From positions 1 to 27,852 of the forward strand of contig NEEC01000452.1 in assembly GCA_002189035.1 (NCBI GenBank): DNA of 27,852 nucleotides. The letters are read 5' to 3'. The first letter of the stretch is position 1. Every line of letters starts with the position of its first letter. A program made the position numbers and the translations under genes. The notes under the pieces are model-generated. The model saw nothing but the letters and a program-made list of their open reading frames with translations, did no database searches and had not been told where the DNA came from. Shown piece by piece: positions 12,201 to 24,600 of the stretch. Source of the stretch: Utricularia gibba (Eukaryota; Plantae; Magnoliophyta).

Positions 12201-15200
12201 AGGCCACCATGAGGTTGTGGCTAGCCACACACCGATGGCATCTTAAATGATCATCTCGAAATCCGAAATTTCACATCGTCACATGAAATACATATGTTTT
12301 GCATGTCAAAAATCACATTCGCATCGAGTCAGGTGTCCTGAGTCACATTTTCGCGAACGTGGTGGCCACTTCGTTGCACATCTGAAGGCTAATATAAGGC
12401 AATCTTTCGAGCATTTGTGCCTCCTCGGACGAACAAGTTCTCCAACACGAAAAAAGACGGCTCGGAACGAGCTTCGAAATGGTATGCTTTGTGCAACATG
12501 ACTCATCACCATTTGTAAGATATCCACTCGATACCGAAGAGTGCACGAGGCCACCATGAGGTTGTGGCTAGCCACACACCGATGGCATCTTAAATGATCA
12601 TCTCGAAATCCGAAATTTCACATCGTCGCATGAAATACATATGTTTTGCATGTCAAAAATCACATTCGCATCGAGTCAGGTGTCCGAGTCACATTTTCGC
12701 GAACGTGGTGGCCACTTCGTTGCACATCTGAAGGCTAATATAAGGCAATCTTTCGAGCATTTGTGCCTCCTCGGACGAACAAGTTCTCAACACGAAAAAA
12801 GACCGGCTCGGAACGAGCTTCGAAATGGTATGCTTTGTGCAACATGACTCATCACCATTTGTAAGATATCCACTCGATACCGAAGAGTGCACGAGGCCAC
12901 CATGAGGTTGTGGCTAGCCACACACCGATGCATCTTAAATGATCATCTCGAAATCCGAAATTTCACATCGTCGCATGAAATACATATGTTTTGCATGTCA
13001 AAAATCACATTCGCATCGAGTCAGGTGTCCCGAGTCACATTTTCGCGAACGTGGTGGCCACTTCGTTGCACATCTGAAGGCTAATATAAGGCAATCTTTC
13101 GAGCATTTGTGCCTCCTCGGACGAACAAGTTCTCAACACGAAAAAAGACGGCTCGGAACGAGCTTCGAAAATGGTATGCTTTGTGCAACATGACTCATCA
13201 CCATTTGTAAGATATCCACTCGATACCGAAGAGTGCACGAGGCCACCATGAGGTTGTGGCTAGCCACACACCGATGGCATCTAAATGATCATCTCGAAAT
13301 CCGAAATTTCACATCGTCACATGAAATACATATGTTTTGCATGTCAAAAATCACATTCGCATCGAGTCAGGTGTCCCGAGTCACATTTTCGCGAACGTGG
13401 TGGCCACTTCGTTGCACATCTGAAGGCTAATATAAGGCAATCTTTCGAGCATTTGTGCCTCCTCGGACGAACAAGTTCTCAACACGAAAAAGACGGCTCG
13501 GAACGAGCTTCGAAATGGTATGCTTTGTGCAACATGACTCATCACCATTTGTAAGATATCCACTCGATACCGAAGAGTGCACGAGGCCACCATGAGGTTG
13601 TGGCTAGCCACACACCGATGGCATCTTAAATGATCATCTCGAAATCCGAAATTTCACATCGTCGCATGAAATACATATGTTTTGCATGTCAAAATCACAT
13701 TCGCATCGAGTCAGGTGTCCGAGTCACATTTTCGCGAACGTGGTGGCCACTTCGTTGCACATCTGAAGGCTAATATAAGGCAATCTTTCGAGCATTTGTG
13801 CCTCCTCGGACGAACAAGTTCTCACACGAAAAAAGACCGGCTCGGAACGAGCTTCGAAATGGTATGCTTTGTGCAACATGACTCATCACCATTTGTAAGA
13901 TATCCACTCGATACCGAAGAGTGCACGAGGCCACCATGAGGTTGTGGCTAGCCACACACCGATGGCATCTTAAATGATCATCTCGAAATCCGAAATTTCA
14001 CATCGTCACATGAAATACATATGTTTTGCATGTCAAAAATCACATTCGCATCGAGTCAGGTGTCCCGAGTCACATTTTCGCGAACGTGGTGGCCACTTCG
14101 TTGCACATCTGAAGGCTAATATAAGGCAATCTTTCGAGCATTTGTGCCTCCTCGGACGAACAAGTTCTCCACACGAAAAAAGACCGGCTCGGAACGAGCT
14201 TCGAAATGGTATGCTTTGTGCAACATGACTCATCACCATTTGTAAGATATCCACTCGATACCGAAGAGTGCACGAGGCCACCATGAGGTTGTGGCTAGCC
14301 ACACACCGATGGCATCTTAAATGATCATCTCGAAATCCGAAATTTCACATCGTCGCATGAAATACATATGTTTTGCATGTCAAAAATCACATTCGCATCG
14401 AGTCAGGTGTCCGAGTCACATTTTCGCGAACGTGGTGGCCACTTCGTTGCACATCTGAAGGCTAATATAAGGCAATCTTTCGAGCATTTGTGCCTCCTCG
14501 GACGAACAAGTTCTCCACACGAAAAAGACCGGCTCGGAACGAGCTTCGAAATGGTATGCTTTGTGCAACATGACTCATCACCATTTGTAAGATATCCACT
14601 CGATACCGAAGAGTGCACGAGGCCACCATGAGGTTGTGGCTAGCCACACACCGATGGCATCTAAATGATTATCTCGAAATCCGAAATTTCACATCGTCAC
14701 ATGAAATACATATGTTTTGCATGTCAAAAATCACATTCGCATCGAGTCAGGTGTCCCGAGTCACATTTTCGCGAACGTGGTGGCCACTTCGTTGCACATC
14801 TGAAGGCTAATATAAGGCAATCTTTCGAGCATTTGTGCCTCCTCGGACGAACAAGTTCTCCACACGAAAAAAGACGGCTCGGAACGAGCTTCGAAATGGT
14901 ATGCTTTGTGCAACATGACTCATCACCATTTGTAAGATATCCACTCGATACCGAAGAGTGCACGAGGCCACCATGAGGTTGTGGCTAGCCACACACCGAT
15001 GCATCTTAAATGATCATCTCGAAATCCGAAATTTCACATCGTCGCATGAAATACATTTGTTTTGCATGTCAAAAAATCACATTCGCATCGAGTCAGGTGT
15101 CCGAGTCACATTTTCGCGAACGTGGTGGCCACTTCGTTGCACATCTGAAGGCTAATATAAGGCAATCTTTCGAGCATTTGTGCCTCCTCGGACGAACAAG

Positions 15201-15671
15201 TTCTCCACACGAAAAAGACGGCTCGGAACGAGCTTCGAAATGGTATGCTTTGTGCAACATGACTCATCACCATTTGTAAGATATCCACTCGATACCCACG
15301 AGGCCACCATGAGGTTGTGGCTAGCCACACACCGATGCATCTTAAATGATCATCTCGAAATCGAAATTTCACATCGTCACATGAAATACATATGTTTTGC
15401 ATGTCAAAAATCACATTCGCCGAGTCAGGTGTCCCGAGTCACATTTTCGCGAACGTGGTGGCCACTTCGTTGCATCTGAAGGCTAATATAGGCAATCTTT
15501 CGAGCATTTGTGCCTCTCGGACGAACAAGTTCTCCAACGAAAAATCGGAACGAGCTTCGAAATGGTATGCTTTGTGCAACATGACTCATCACCATTTGTA
15601 AGATATCCACTCGATACCGAAGATGCGAGGCACCATGAGGTTGTGGCTAGCCACACACCGATGCATCTTAA
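3300..15671. repeat. Domain of alternating monomer types (incipient dimeric higher-order repeat, ~690 bp)
   Basis: Units 10-45 largely alternate between gtcGcatg (or gtc-catg) with tcc-gag and gtcAcatg with tccCgag. Exceptions are units 17, 21, 23, 28, 36 and 38, and there are two phase slips. Confidence 0.7.
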
Positions 15672-18600
15672 ATGATCATCTCGAAATCCGAAATTTCACA
15701 TCGTCACATGAAAATACATATGTTTGCATGTCAAAAATCACATTCGCATCGAGTCAGGTGTCCGAGTCACATTTTCGCGAACGTGGTGGCCACTTCGTTG
15801 CACATCTGAAGGCTAATATAAGGCAATCTTTCGAGCATTTGTGCCTCCTCGGACGAACAAGTTCTCACACGAAAAAAGTCGGAACGAGCTTCGAAATGGT
15901 ATGCTTTGTGCAACATGACTCATCACCATTTGTAAGATATCCACTCGATACCGAAGAGTGCACGAGGCCACCATGAGGTTGTGGCTAGCCACACACCGAT
16001 CATCTAAATGATCATCTCGAAATCCGAAATTTCACATCGTCGCATGAAATACATATGTTTTGCATGTCAAAAATCACATTCGCATCGAGTCAGGTGTCCT
16101 GAGTCACATTTTCGCGAACGTGGTGGCCACTTCGTTGCACATCTGAAGGCTAATATAAGGCAATCTTTCGAGCATTTGTGCCTCCTCGGACGAACAAGTT
16201 CTCACACGAAAAAAGACCGGCTCGGAACGAGCTTCGAAATGGTATGCTTTGTGCAACATGACTCATCACCATTTGTAAGATATCCACTCGATACCGAAGA
16301 GTGCACGAGGCCACCATGAGGTTGTGGCTAGCCACACACATGCATCTTAAATGATCATCTCGAAATCCGAAATCACATCGTCGCATGAAATACACATGTC
16401 AAAAATCACATTCGCATCGAGTCAGGTGTCCGAGTCACATTTTCGCGAACGTGGTGGCCACTTCGTTGCACATCTGAAGGCTAATATAAGGCAATCTTCG
16501 AGCATTTGTGCCTCCTCGGACGAACAAGTTCTCCACACGAAAAAGACCGGCTCGGAACGAGCTTCGAAATGGTATGCTTTGTGCAACATGACTCATCACC
16601 ATTTGTAAGATATCCACTCGATACCGAAGAGTGCACGAGGCCACCATGAGGTTGTGGCTAGCCACACACCGATGCATCTTAAATGATCATCTCGAAATCC
16701 GAAATTTCACATCGTCACATGAAATACATATGTTTTGCATGTCAAAAATCACATTCGCATCGAGTCAGGTGTCCCGAGTCACATTTTCGCGAACGCCCCA
16801 CTTCGTTGCACATCTGAAGGCTAATATAAGGCAATCTTTCGAGCATTTGTGCCTCCTCGGACGAACAAGTTCTCACACGAAAAAAGACCGGCTCGGAACG
16901 AGCTTCGAAATGGTATGCTTTGTGCAACATGACTCATCACCATTTGTAAGATATCCACTCGATACCGAAGAGTGCACGAGGCCACCATGAGGTTGTGGCT
17001 AGCCACACACCGATGGCATCTTAAATGATCATCTCGAAATCCGAAATTTCACATCGTCACATGAAATACATATGTTTTGCATGTCAAAAATCACATTCGC
17101 ATCGAGTCAGGTGTCCTGAGTCACATTTTCGCGAACGTGGTGGCCACTTCGTTGCACATCTGAAGGCTAATATAAGGCAATCTTTCGAGCATTTGTGCCT
17201 CCTCGGACGAACAAGTTCTCAACACGAAAAAGACCGGCTCGGAACGAGCTTCGAAATGGTATGCTTTGTGCAACATGACTCATCACCATTTGTAAGATAT
17301 CCACTCGATACGAAGAGTGCACGAGGCCACCATGAGGTTGTGGCTAGCCACACCGATGGCATCTTAAATGATCATCTCGAAATCCGAAATTTCACATCGT
17401 CGCATGAAATACATATGTTTTGCATGTCAAAAATCACATTCGCATCGAGTCAGGTGTCCTGAGTCACATTTTCGCGAACGTGGTGGCCACTTCGTTGCAC
17501 ATCTGAAGGCTAATATAAGGCAATCTTTCGAGCATTTGTGCCTCCTCGGACGAACAAGTTCTCCACACGAAAAAAGACCGGCTCGGAACGAGCTTCGAAA
17601 TGGTATGCTTTGTGCAACATGACTCATCACCATTTGTAAGATATCCACTCGATACCGAAGAGTGCACGAGGCCACCATGAGGTTGTGGCTAGCCACACAC
17701 CGATGCATCTTAAATGATCATCTCGAAATCCGAAATTTCACATCGTCGCATGAAATACATATGTTTTGCATGTCAAAAATCACATTCGCATCGAGTCAGG
17801 TGTCCTGAGTCACATTTTCGCGAACGTGGTGGCCACTTCGTTGCACATCTGAAGGCTAATATAAGGCAATCTTTCGAGCATTTGTGCCTCCTCGGACGAA
17901 CAAGTTCTCAACACGAAAGAAGACTGGCTCGGAACGAGCTTCGAAACGGTATGCTTGTGCAACATGACTCATCACCATTTGTAAGATATCCACTCGATAC
18001 CGAAGAGTGCACGAGGCCACCATGGGTTGTGCTAGCCACACACCGATGGCATCTTAAATGATCATCTCGAAATCCGAAATTTCACATCGTCGCATGAAAT
18101 ACATATGTTTTGCATGTCAAAAATCACATTCGCATCGAGTCAGGTGTCCCGAGTCACATTTTCGCGAACGTGGTGGCCACTTCGTTGCACATCTGAAGGC
18201 TAATATAAGGCAATCTTTCGAGCATTTGTGCCTCCTCGGACGAACAAGTTCTCAACACGAAAAAGACCGGCTCGGAACGAGCTTCGAAATGGTATGCTTT
18301 GTGCAACATGACTCATCACCATTTTGTAAGATATCCACTCGATACCGAAGAGTGCACGAGGCCACCATGAGGTTGTGGCTAGCCACACACGATGCATCTT
18401 AAATGATCATCTCGAAATCCGAAATTTCACATCGTCGCATGAAATACATATGTTTTGCATGTCAAAAATCACATTCGCATCGAGTCAGGTGTCCCGAGTC
18501 ACATTTTCGCGAACGTGGTGGCCACTTCGTTGCACATCTGAAGGCTAATATAAGGCAATCTTTCGAGCATTTGTGCCTCCTCGGACGAACAAGTTCTCAA

Positions 18601-21600
18601 CACGAAAAGACTGGCTCGGAACGAGCTTCGAAACGGTATGCTTTGTGCAACATGACTCATCACCATTTGTAAGATATCCACTCGATACCGAAGAGTGCAC
18701 GAGGCCACCATGAGGTTGTGGCTAGCCACACACCATGGCATCTTAAATGATCATCTCGAAATCCGAAATTTCACATCGTCGCATGAAATACATATGTTTT
18801 GCATGTCAAAAATCACATTCGCATCGAGTCAGGTGTCCCGAGTCACATTTTCGCGAACGTGGTGGCCACTTCGTTGCACATCTGAAGGCTAATATAAGGC
18901 AATCTTTCGAGCATTTGTGCCCTCGGACGAACAAGTTCTCAACACGAAAAAGACTGGCTCGGAACGAGCTTCGAAATGGTATGCTTTGTGCAACATGACT
19001 CATCACCATTTGTAAGATATCCACTCGATACCGAAGAGTGCACGAGGCCACCATGAGGTTGTGGCTAGCCACACACCGATGCATCTTAAATGATCATCTC
19101 GAAATCCGAAATTTCACATCGTCGCATGAAATACATATGTTTTGCATGTCAAAAATCACATTCGCATCGAGTCAGGTGTCCTGAGTCACATTTTCGCGAA
19201 CGTGGTGGCCACTTCGTTGCACATCTGAAGGCTAATATAAGGCAATCTTCGAGCATTTGTGCCTCTCGGACGAACAAGTTCTCACACGAAAAAAGACTAA
19301 ACGAGCTTCGAATGGTATGCTTTGTGCAACATGACTCATCACCATTTGTAAGATATCCACTCGATACCGAAGAGTGCACGAGGCCACCATGAGGTTGTGG
19401 CTAGCCACACACCGATGCATCTTAAATGATCATCTCGAAATCCGAAATTTCACATCGTCCATGAAATACATATGTTTTGCATGTCAAAAATCACATTCGC
19501 ATCGAGTCAGGTGTCCCGAGTCACATTTTCGCGAACGTGGTGGCCACTTCGTTGCACATCTGAAGGCTAATATAAGGCAATCTTCGAGCATTTGTGCCTC
19601 CTCGGACGAACAAGTTCTCACACGAAAAAAGACCGGCTCGGAACGAGCTTCGAAATGGTATGCTTTGTGCAACATGACTCATCACCATTTGTAAGATATC
19701 CACTCGATACCGAAGAGTGCACGAGGCCACCATGAGGTTGTGGCTAGCCACACACCGATGCATCTTAAATGATCATCTCGAAATCCGAAATTTCACATCG
19801 TCGCATGAAATACATATGTTTTGCATGTCAAAAATCACATTCGCATCGAGTCAGGTGTCCTGAGTCACATTTTCGCGAACGTGGTGGCCACTTCGTTGCA
19901 CATCTGAAGGCTAATATAAGGCAATCTTTCGAGCATTTGTGCCTCCTCGGACGAACAAGTTCTCACACGAAAAGACCGGCTCGGAACGAGCTTCGAAATG
20001 GTATGCTTTGTGCAACATGACTCATCACCATTTGTAAGATATCCACTCGATACCGAAGAGTGCACGAGGCCACCATGAGGTTGTGGCTAGCCACACACCG
20101 ATGGCATCTTAAATGATCATCTCGAAATCCGAAATTTCACATCGTCGCATGAAATACATATGTTTTGCATGTCAAAAATCACATTCGCATCGAGTCAGGT
20201 GTCCTGAGTCACATTTTCGCGAACGTGGTGGCCACTTCGTTGCACATCTGAAGGCTAATATAAGGCAATCTTCGAGCATTTGTGCCTCCTCGGACGAACA
20301 AGTTCTCACACGAAAAAGACCGGCTCGGAACGAGCTTCGAAATGGTATGCTTTGTGCAACATGACTCATCACCATTTGTAAGATATCCACTCGATACCGA
20401 AGAGTGCACGAGGCCACCATGAGGTTGTGGCTAGCCACACACCGATGGCATCTTAAATGATCATCTCGAAATCCGAAATTTCACATCGTCGCATGAAATA
20501 CATATGTTTTGCATGTCAAAAATCACATTCGCATCGAGTCAGGTGTCCTGAGTCACATTTTCGCGAACGTGGTGGCCACTTCGTTGCACATCTGAAGGCT
20601 AATATAAGGCAATCTTTCGAGCATTTGTGCCTCCTCGGACGAACAAGTTCTCAAAACGAAAAAAACGGCTCGGAACGAGCTTCGAAATGGTATGCTTTGT
20701 GCAACATGACTCATCACCATTTGTAAGATATCCACTCGATACCGAAGAGTGCACGAGGCCACCATGAGGTTGTGGCTAGCCACACACCGATGCATCTTAA
20801 ATGATCATCTCGAAATCCGAAATTTCACATCGTCGCATGAAATACATATGTTTTGCATGTCAAAAATCACATTCGCATCGAGTCAGGTGTCCCGAGTCAC
20901 ATTTTCGCGAACGTGGTGGCCACTTCGTTGCACATCTGAAGGCTAATATAAGGCAATCTTTCGAGCATTTGTGCCTCCTCGGACGAACAAGTTCTCCACA
21001 CGAAAAAGACCGGCTCGGAACGAGCTTTCGAAATGGTATGCTTTGTGCAACATGACTCATCACCATTTGTAAGATATCCACTCGATACCGAAGAGTGCAC
21101 GAGGCCACCATGAGGTTGTGGCTAGCCACACACCGATGCATCTTAAATGATCTCTCGAAATCCGAAATTTCACATCGTCACATGAAATACATATGTTTTG
21201 CATGTCAAAAATCACATTCGCATCGAGTCAGGTGTCCCGAGTCACATTTTCGCGAACGTGGTGGCCACTTCGTTGCACATCTGAAGGCTAATATAAGGCA
21301 ATCTTTCGAGCATTTGTGCCCTCGGACGAACAAGTTCTCAACACGAAAAAGACTGGCTCGGAACGAGCTTCGAAACGGTATGCTTGTGCAACATGACTCA
21401 TCACCATTGTAAGATATCCACTCGATACCGAAGAGTGCACGAGGCCACCATGAGGTTGTGGCTAGCCACACACCGATGGCATCTTAAATGATCATCTCGA
21501 AATCCGAAATTTCACATCGTCACATGAAACATATGTTTTGCATGTCAAAAATCACATTCGCATCGAGTCAGGTGTCCCGAGTCACATTTTCGCGAACGTG

Positions 21601-24600
21601 GTGGCCACTTCGTTGCACATCTGAAGGCTAATATAAGGCAATCTTTCGAGCATTTGTGCCTCTCGGACGAACAAGTTCTCAACGAAAAAAAGACTGGCTC
21701 GGAACGAGCTTCGAAATGGTATGCTTTGTGCAACATGACTCATCACCATTTGTAAGATATCCACTCGATACCGAAGAGTGCACGAGGCCACCATGAGGTT
21801 GTGGCTAGCCACACACCGATGGCATCTTAAATGATCATCTCGAAATCCGAAATTTCACATCGTCGCATGAAATACATATGTTTTGCATGTCAAAAATCAC
21901 ATTCGCATCGAGTCAGGTGTCCTGAGTCACATTTTCGCGAACGTGGTGGCCACTTCGTTGCACATCTGAAGGCTAATATAAGGCAATCTTTCGAGCATTT
22001 GTGCCTCCTCGGACGAACAAGTTCTCACACGAAAAAAGACCGGCTCGGAACGAGCTTCGAAATGGTATGCTTTGTGCAACATGACTCATCACCATTTGTA
22101 AGATATCCACTCGATACCGAAGAGTGCACGAGGCCACCATGAGGTTGTGGCTAGCCACACACCGATGGCATCTTAAATGATCATCTCGAAATCCGAAATT
22201 TCACATCGTCACATGAAATACATATGTTTTGCATGTCAAAAATCACATTCGCATCGAGTCAGGTGTCCCGAGTCACATTTTCGCGAACGTGGTGGCCACT
22301 TCGTTGCACATCTGAAGGCTAATATAAGGCAATCTTTCGAGCATTTGTGCCTCCTCGGACGAACAAGTTCTCAACACGAAAAAAGACTGGCTCGGAACGA
22401 GCTTCGAAACGGTATGCTATGTGCAACATGACTCATCACCATTTGTAAGATATCCACTCGATACCGAAGAGTGCACGAGGCCACCATGAGGTTGTGGCTA
22501 GCCACACACCGATGGCATCTTAAATGATCATCTCGAAATCCGAAATTTCACATCGTCGCATGAAATACATATGTTTTGCATGTCAAAAATCACATTCGCA
22601 TCGAGTCAGGTGTCCTGAGTCACATTTTCGCGAACGTGGTGGCCACTTCGTTGCACATCTGAAGGCTAATATAAGGCAATCTTTCGAGCATTTGTGCCTC
22701 CTCGGACGAACAAGTTCTCTCACGAAAAAAAGACCGGCTCGGAACGAGCTTCGAAATGGTATGCTTTGTGCAACATGACTCATCACCATTTGTAAGATAT
22801 CCACTCGATACCGAAGAGTGCACGAGGCCACCATGAGGTTGTGGCTAGCCACACACCGATGCATCTTAAAATGATCATCTCGAAATCCGAAATTTCACAT
22901 CGTCGCATGAAATACATATGTTTTGCATGTCAAAAAATTCATCAAGCACCCACAAGAGTCACATTTTCGCGAACGTGGTGGCCACTTCGTTGCACATCTG
23001 AAGGCTAATATAAGGCAATCTTTCGAGCATTTGTGCCCTCGGACGAACAAGTTCTCAACACGAAAAAGACCGGCTCGGAACGAGCTTCGAAACGGTATGC
23101 TTGTGCAACATGACTCATCACCATTTGTAAGATATCCACTCGATACCGAAGAGTGCACGAGGCCACCATGAGGTTGTGCTAGCCACACCCATGGCATCTT
23201 AAATGATCATCTCGAAATCCGAAATTTCACATCGTCGCATGAAATACATATGTTTTGCATGTCAAAAATCACATTCGCATCGAGTCAGGTGTCCCGAGTC
23301 ACATTTTCGCGAACGTGGTGGCCACTTCGTTGCACATCTGAAGGCTAATATAAGGCAATCTTTCGAGCATTTGTGCCCTCGGACGAACAAGTTCTCAACA
23401 CGAAGACCGGCTCGGAACGAGCTTCGAAATGGTATGCTTTGTGCAACATGACTCATCACCATTTGTAAGATATCCACTCGATACCGAAGAGTGCACGAGG
23501 CCACCATGAGGTTGTGGCTAGCCACACACCGATGGCATCTTAAATGATCATCTCGAAATCCGAAATTTCACATCGTCGCATGAAATACATATGTTTTGCA
23601 TGTCAAAAATCACATTCGCATCGAGTCAGGTGTCCCGAGTCACATTTTCGCGAACGTGGTGGCCACTTCGTTGCACATCTGAAGGCTAATATAAGGCAAT
23701 CTTTCGAGCATTTGTGCCTCCTCGGACGAACAAGTTCTCAACACGAAAAAGACCGGCTCGGAACGAGCTTCGAAATGGTATGCTTTGTGCAACATGACTC
23801 ATCACCATTTGTAAGATATCCACTCGATACCGAAGAGTGCACGAGGCCACCATGAGGTTGTGGCTAGCCACACCGATGCATCTTAAATGATCATCTCGAA
23901 ATCCGAAATTTCACATCGTCGCATGAAATACATATGTTTTGCATGTCAAAAATCACATTCGCATCGAGTCAGGTGTCCTGAGTCACATTTTCGCGAACGT
24001 GGTGGCCACTTCGTTGCACATCTGAAGGCTAATATAAGGCAATCTTTCGAGCATTTGTGCCTCCTCGGACGAACAAGTTCTCACACGAAAAAGACCGGCT
24101 CGGAACGAGCTTCGAAATGGTATGCTTGTGCAACATGACTCATCACCATTTGTAAGATATCCACTCGATACCGAAGAGTGCACGAGGCCACCATGAGGTT
24201 GTGGCTAGCCACACACCGATGGCATCTTAAATGATCATCTCGAAATCCGAAATTTCACATCGTCGCATGAAATACATATGTTTTGCATGTCAAAAATCAC
24301 ATTCGCATCGAGTCAGGTGTCCCGAGTCACATTTTCGCGAACGTGGTGGCCACTTCGTTGCACATCTGAAGGCTAATATAAGGCAATCTTTCGAGCATTT
24401 GTGCCTCCTCGGACGAACAAGTTCTCAACACGAAAAAAGACCGGCTCGGAACGAGCTTCGAAATGGTATGCTTTGTGCAACATGACTCATCACCATTTGT
24501 AAGATATCCACTCGATACCGAAGAGTGCACGAGGCCACCATGAGGTTGTGGCTAGCCACACCGATGCATCTTAAATGATCATCTCGAAATCCGAAATTTC

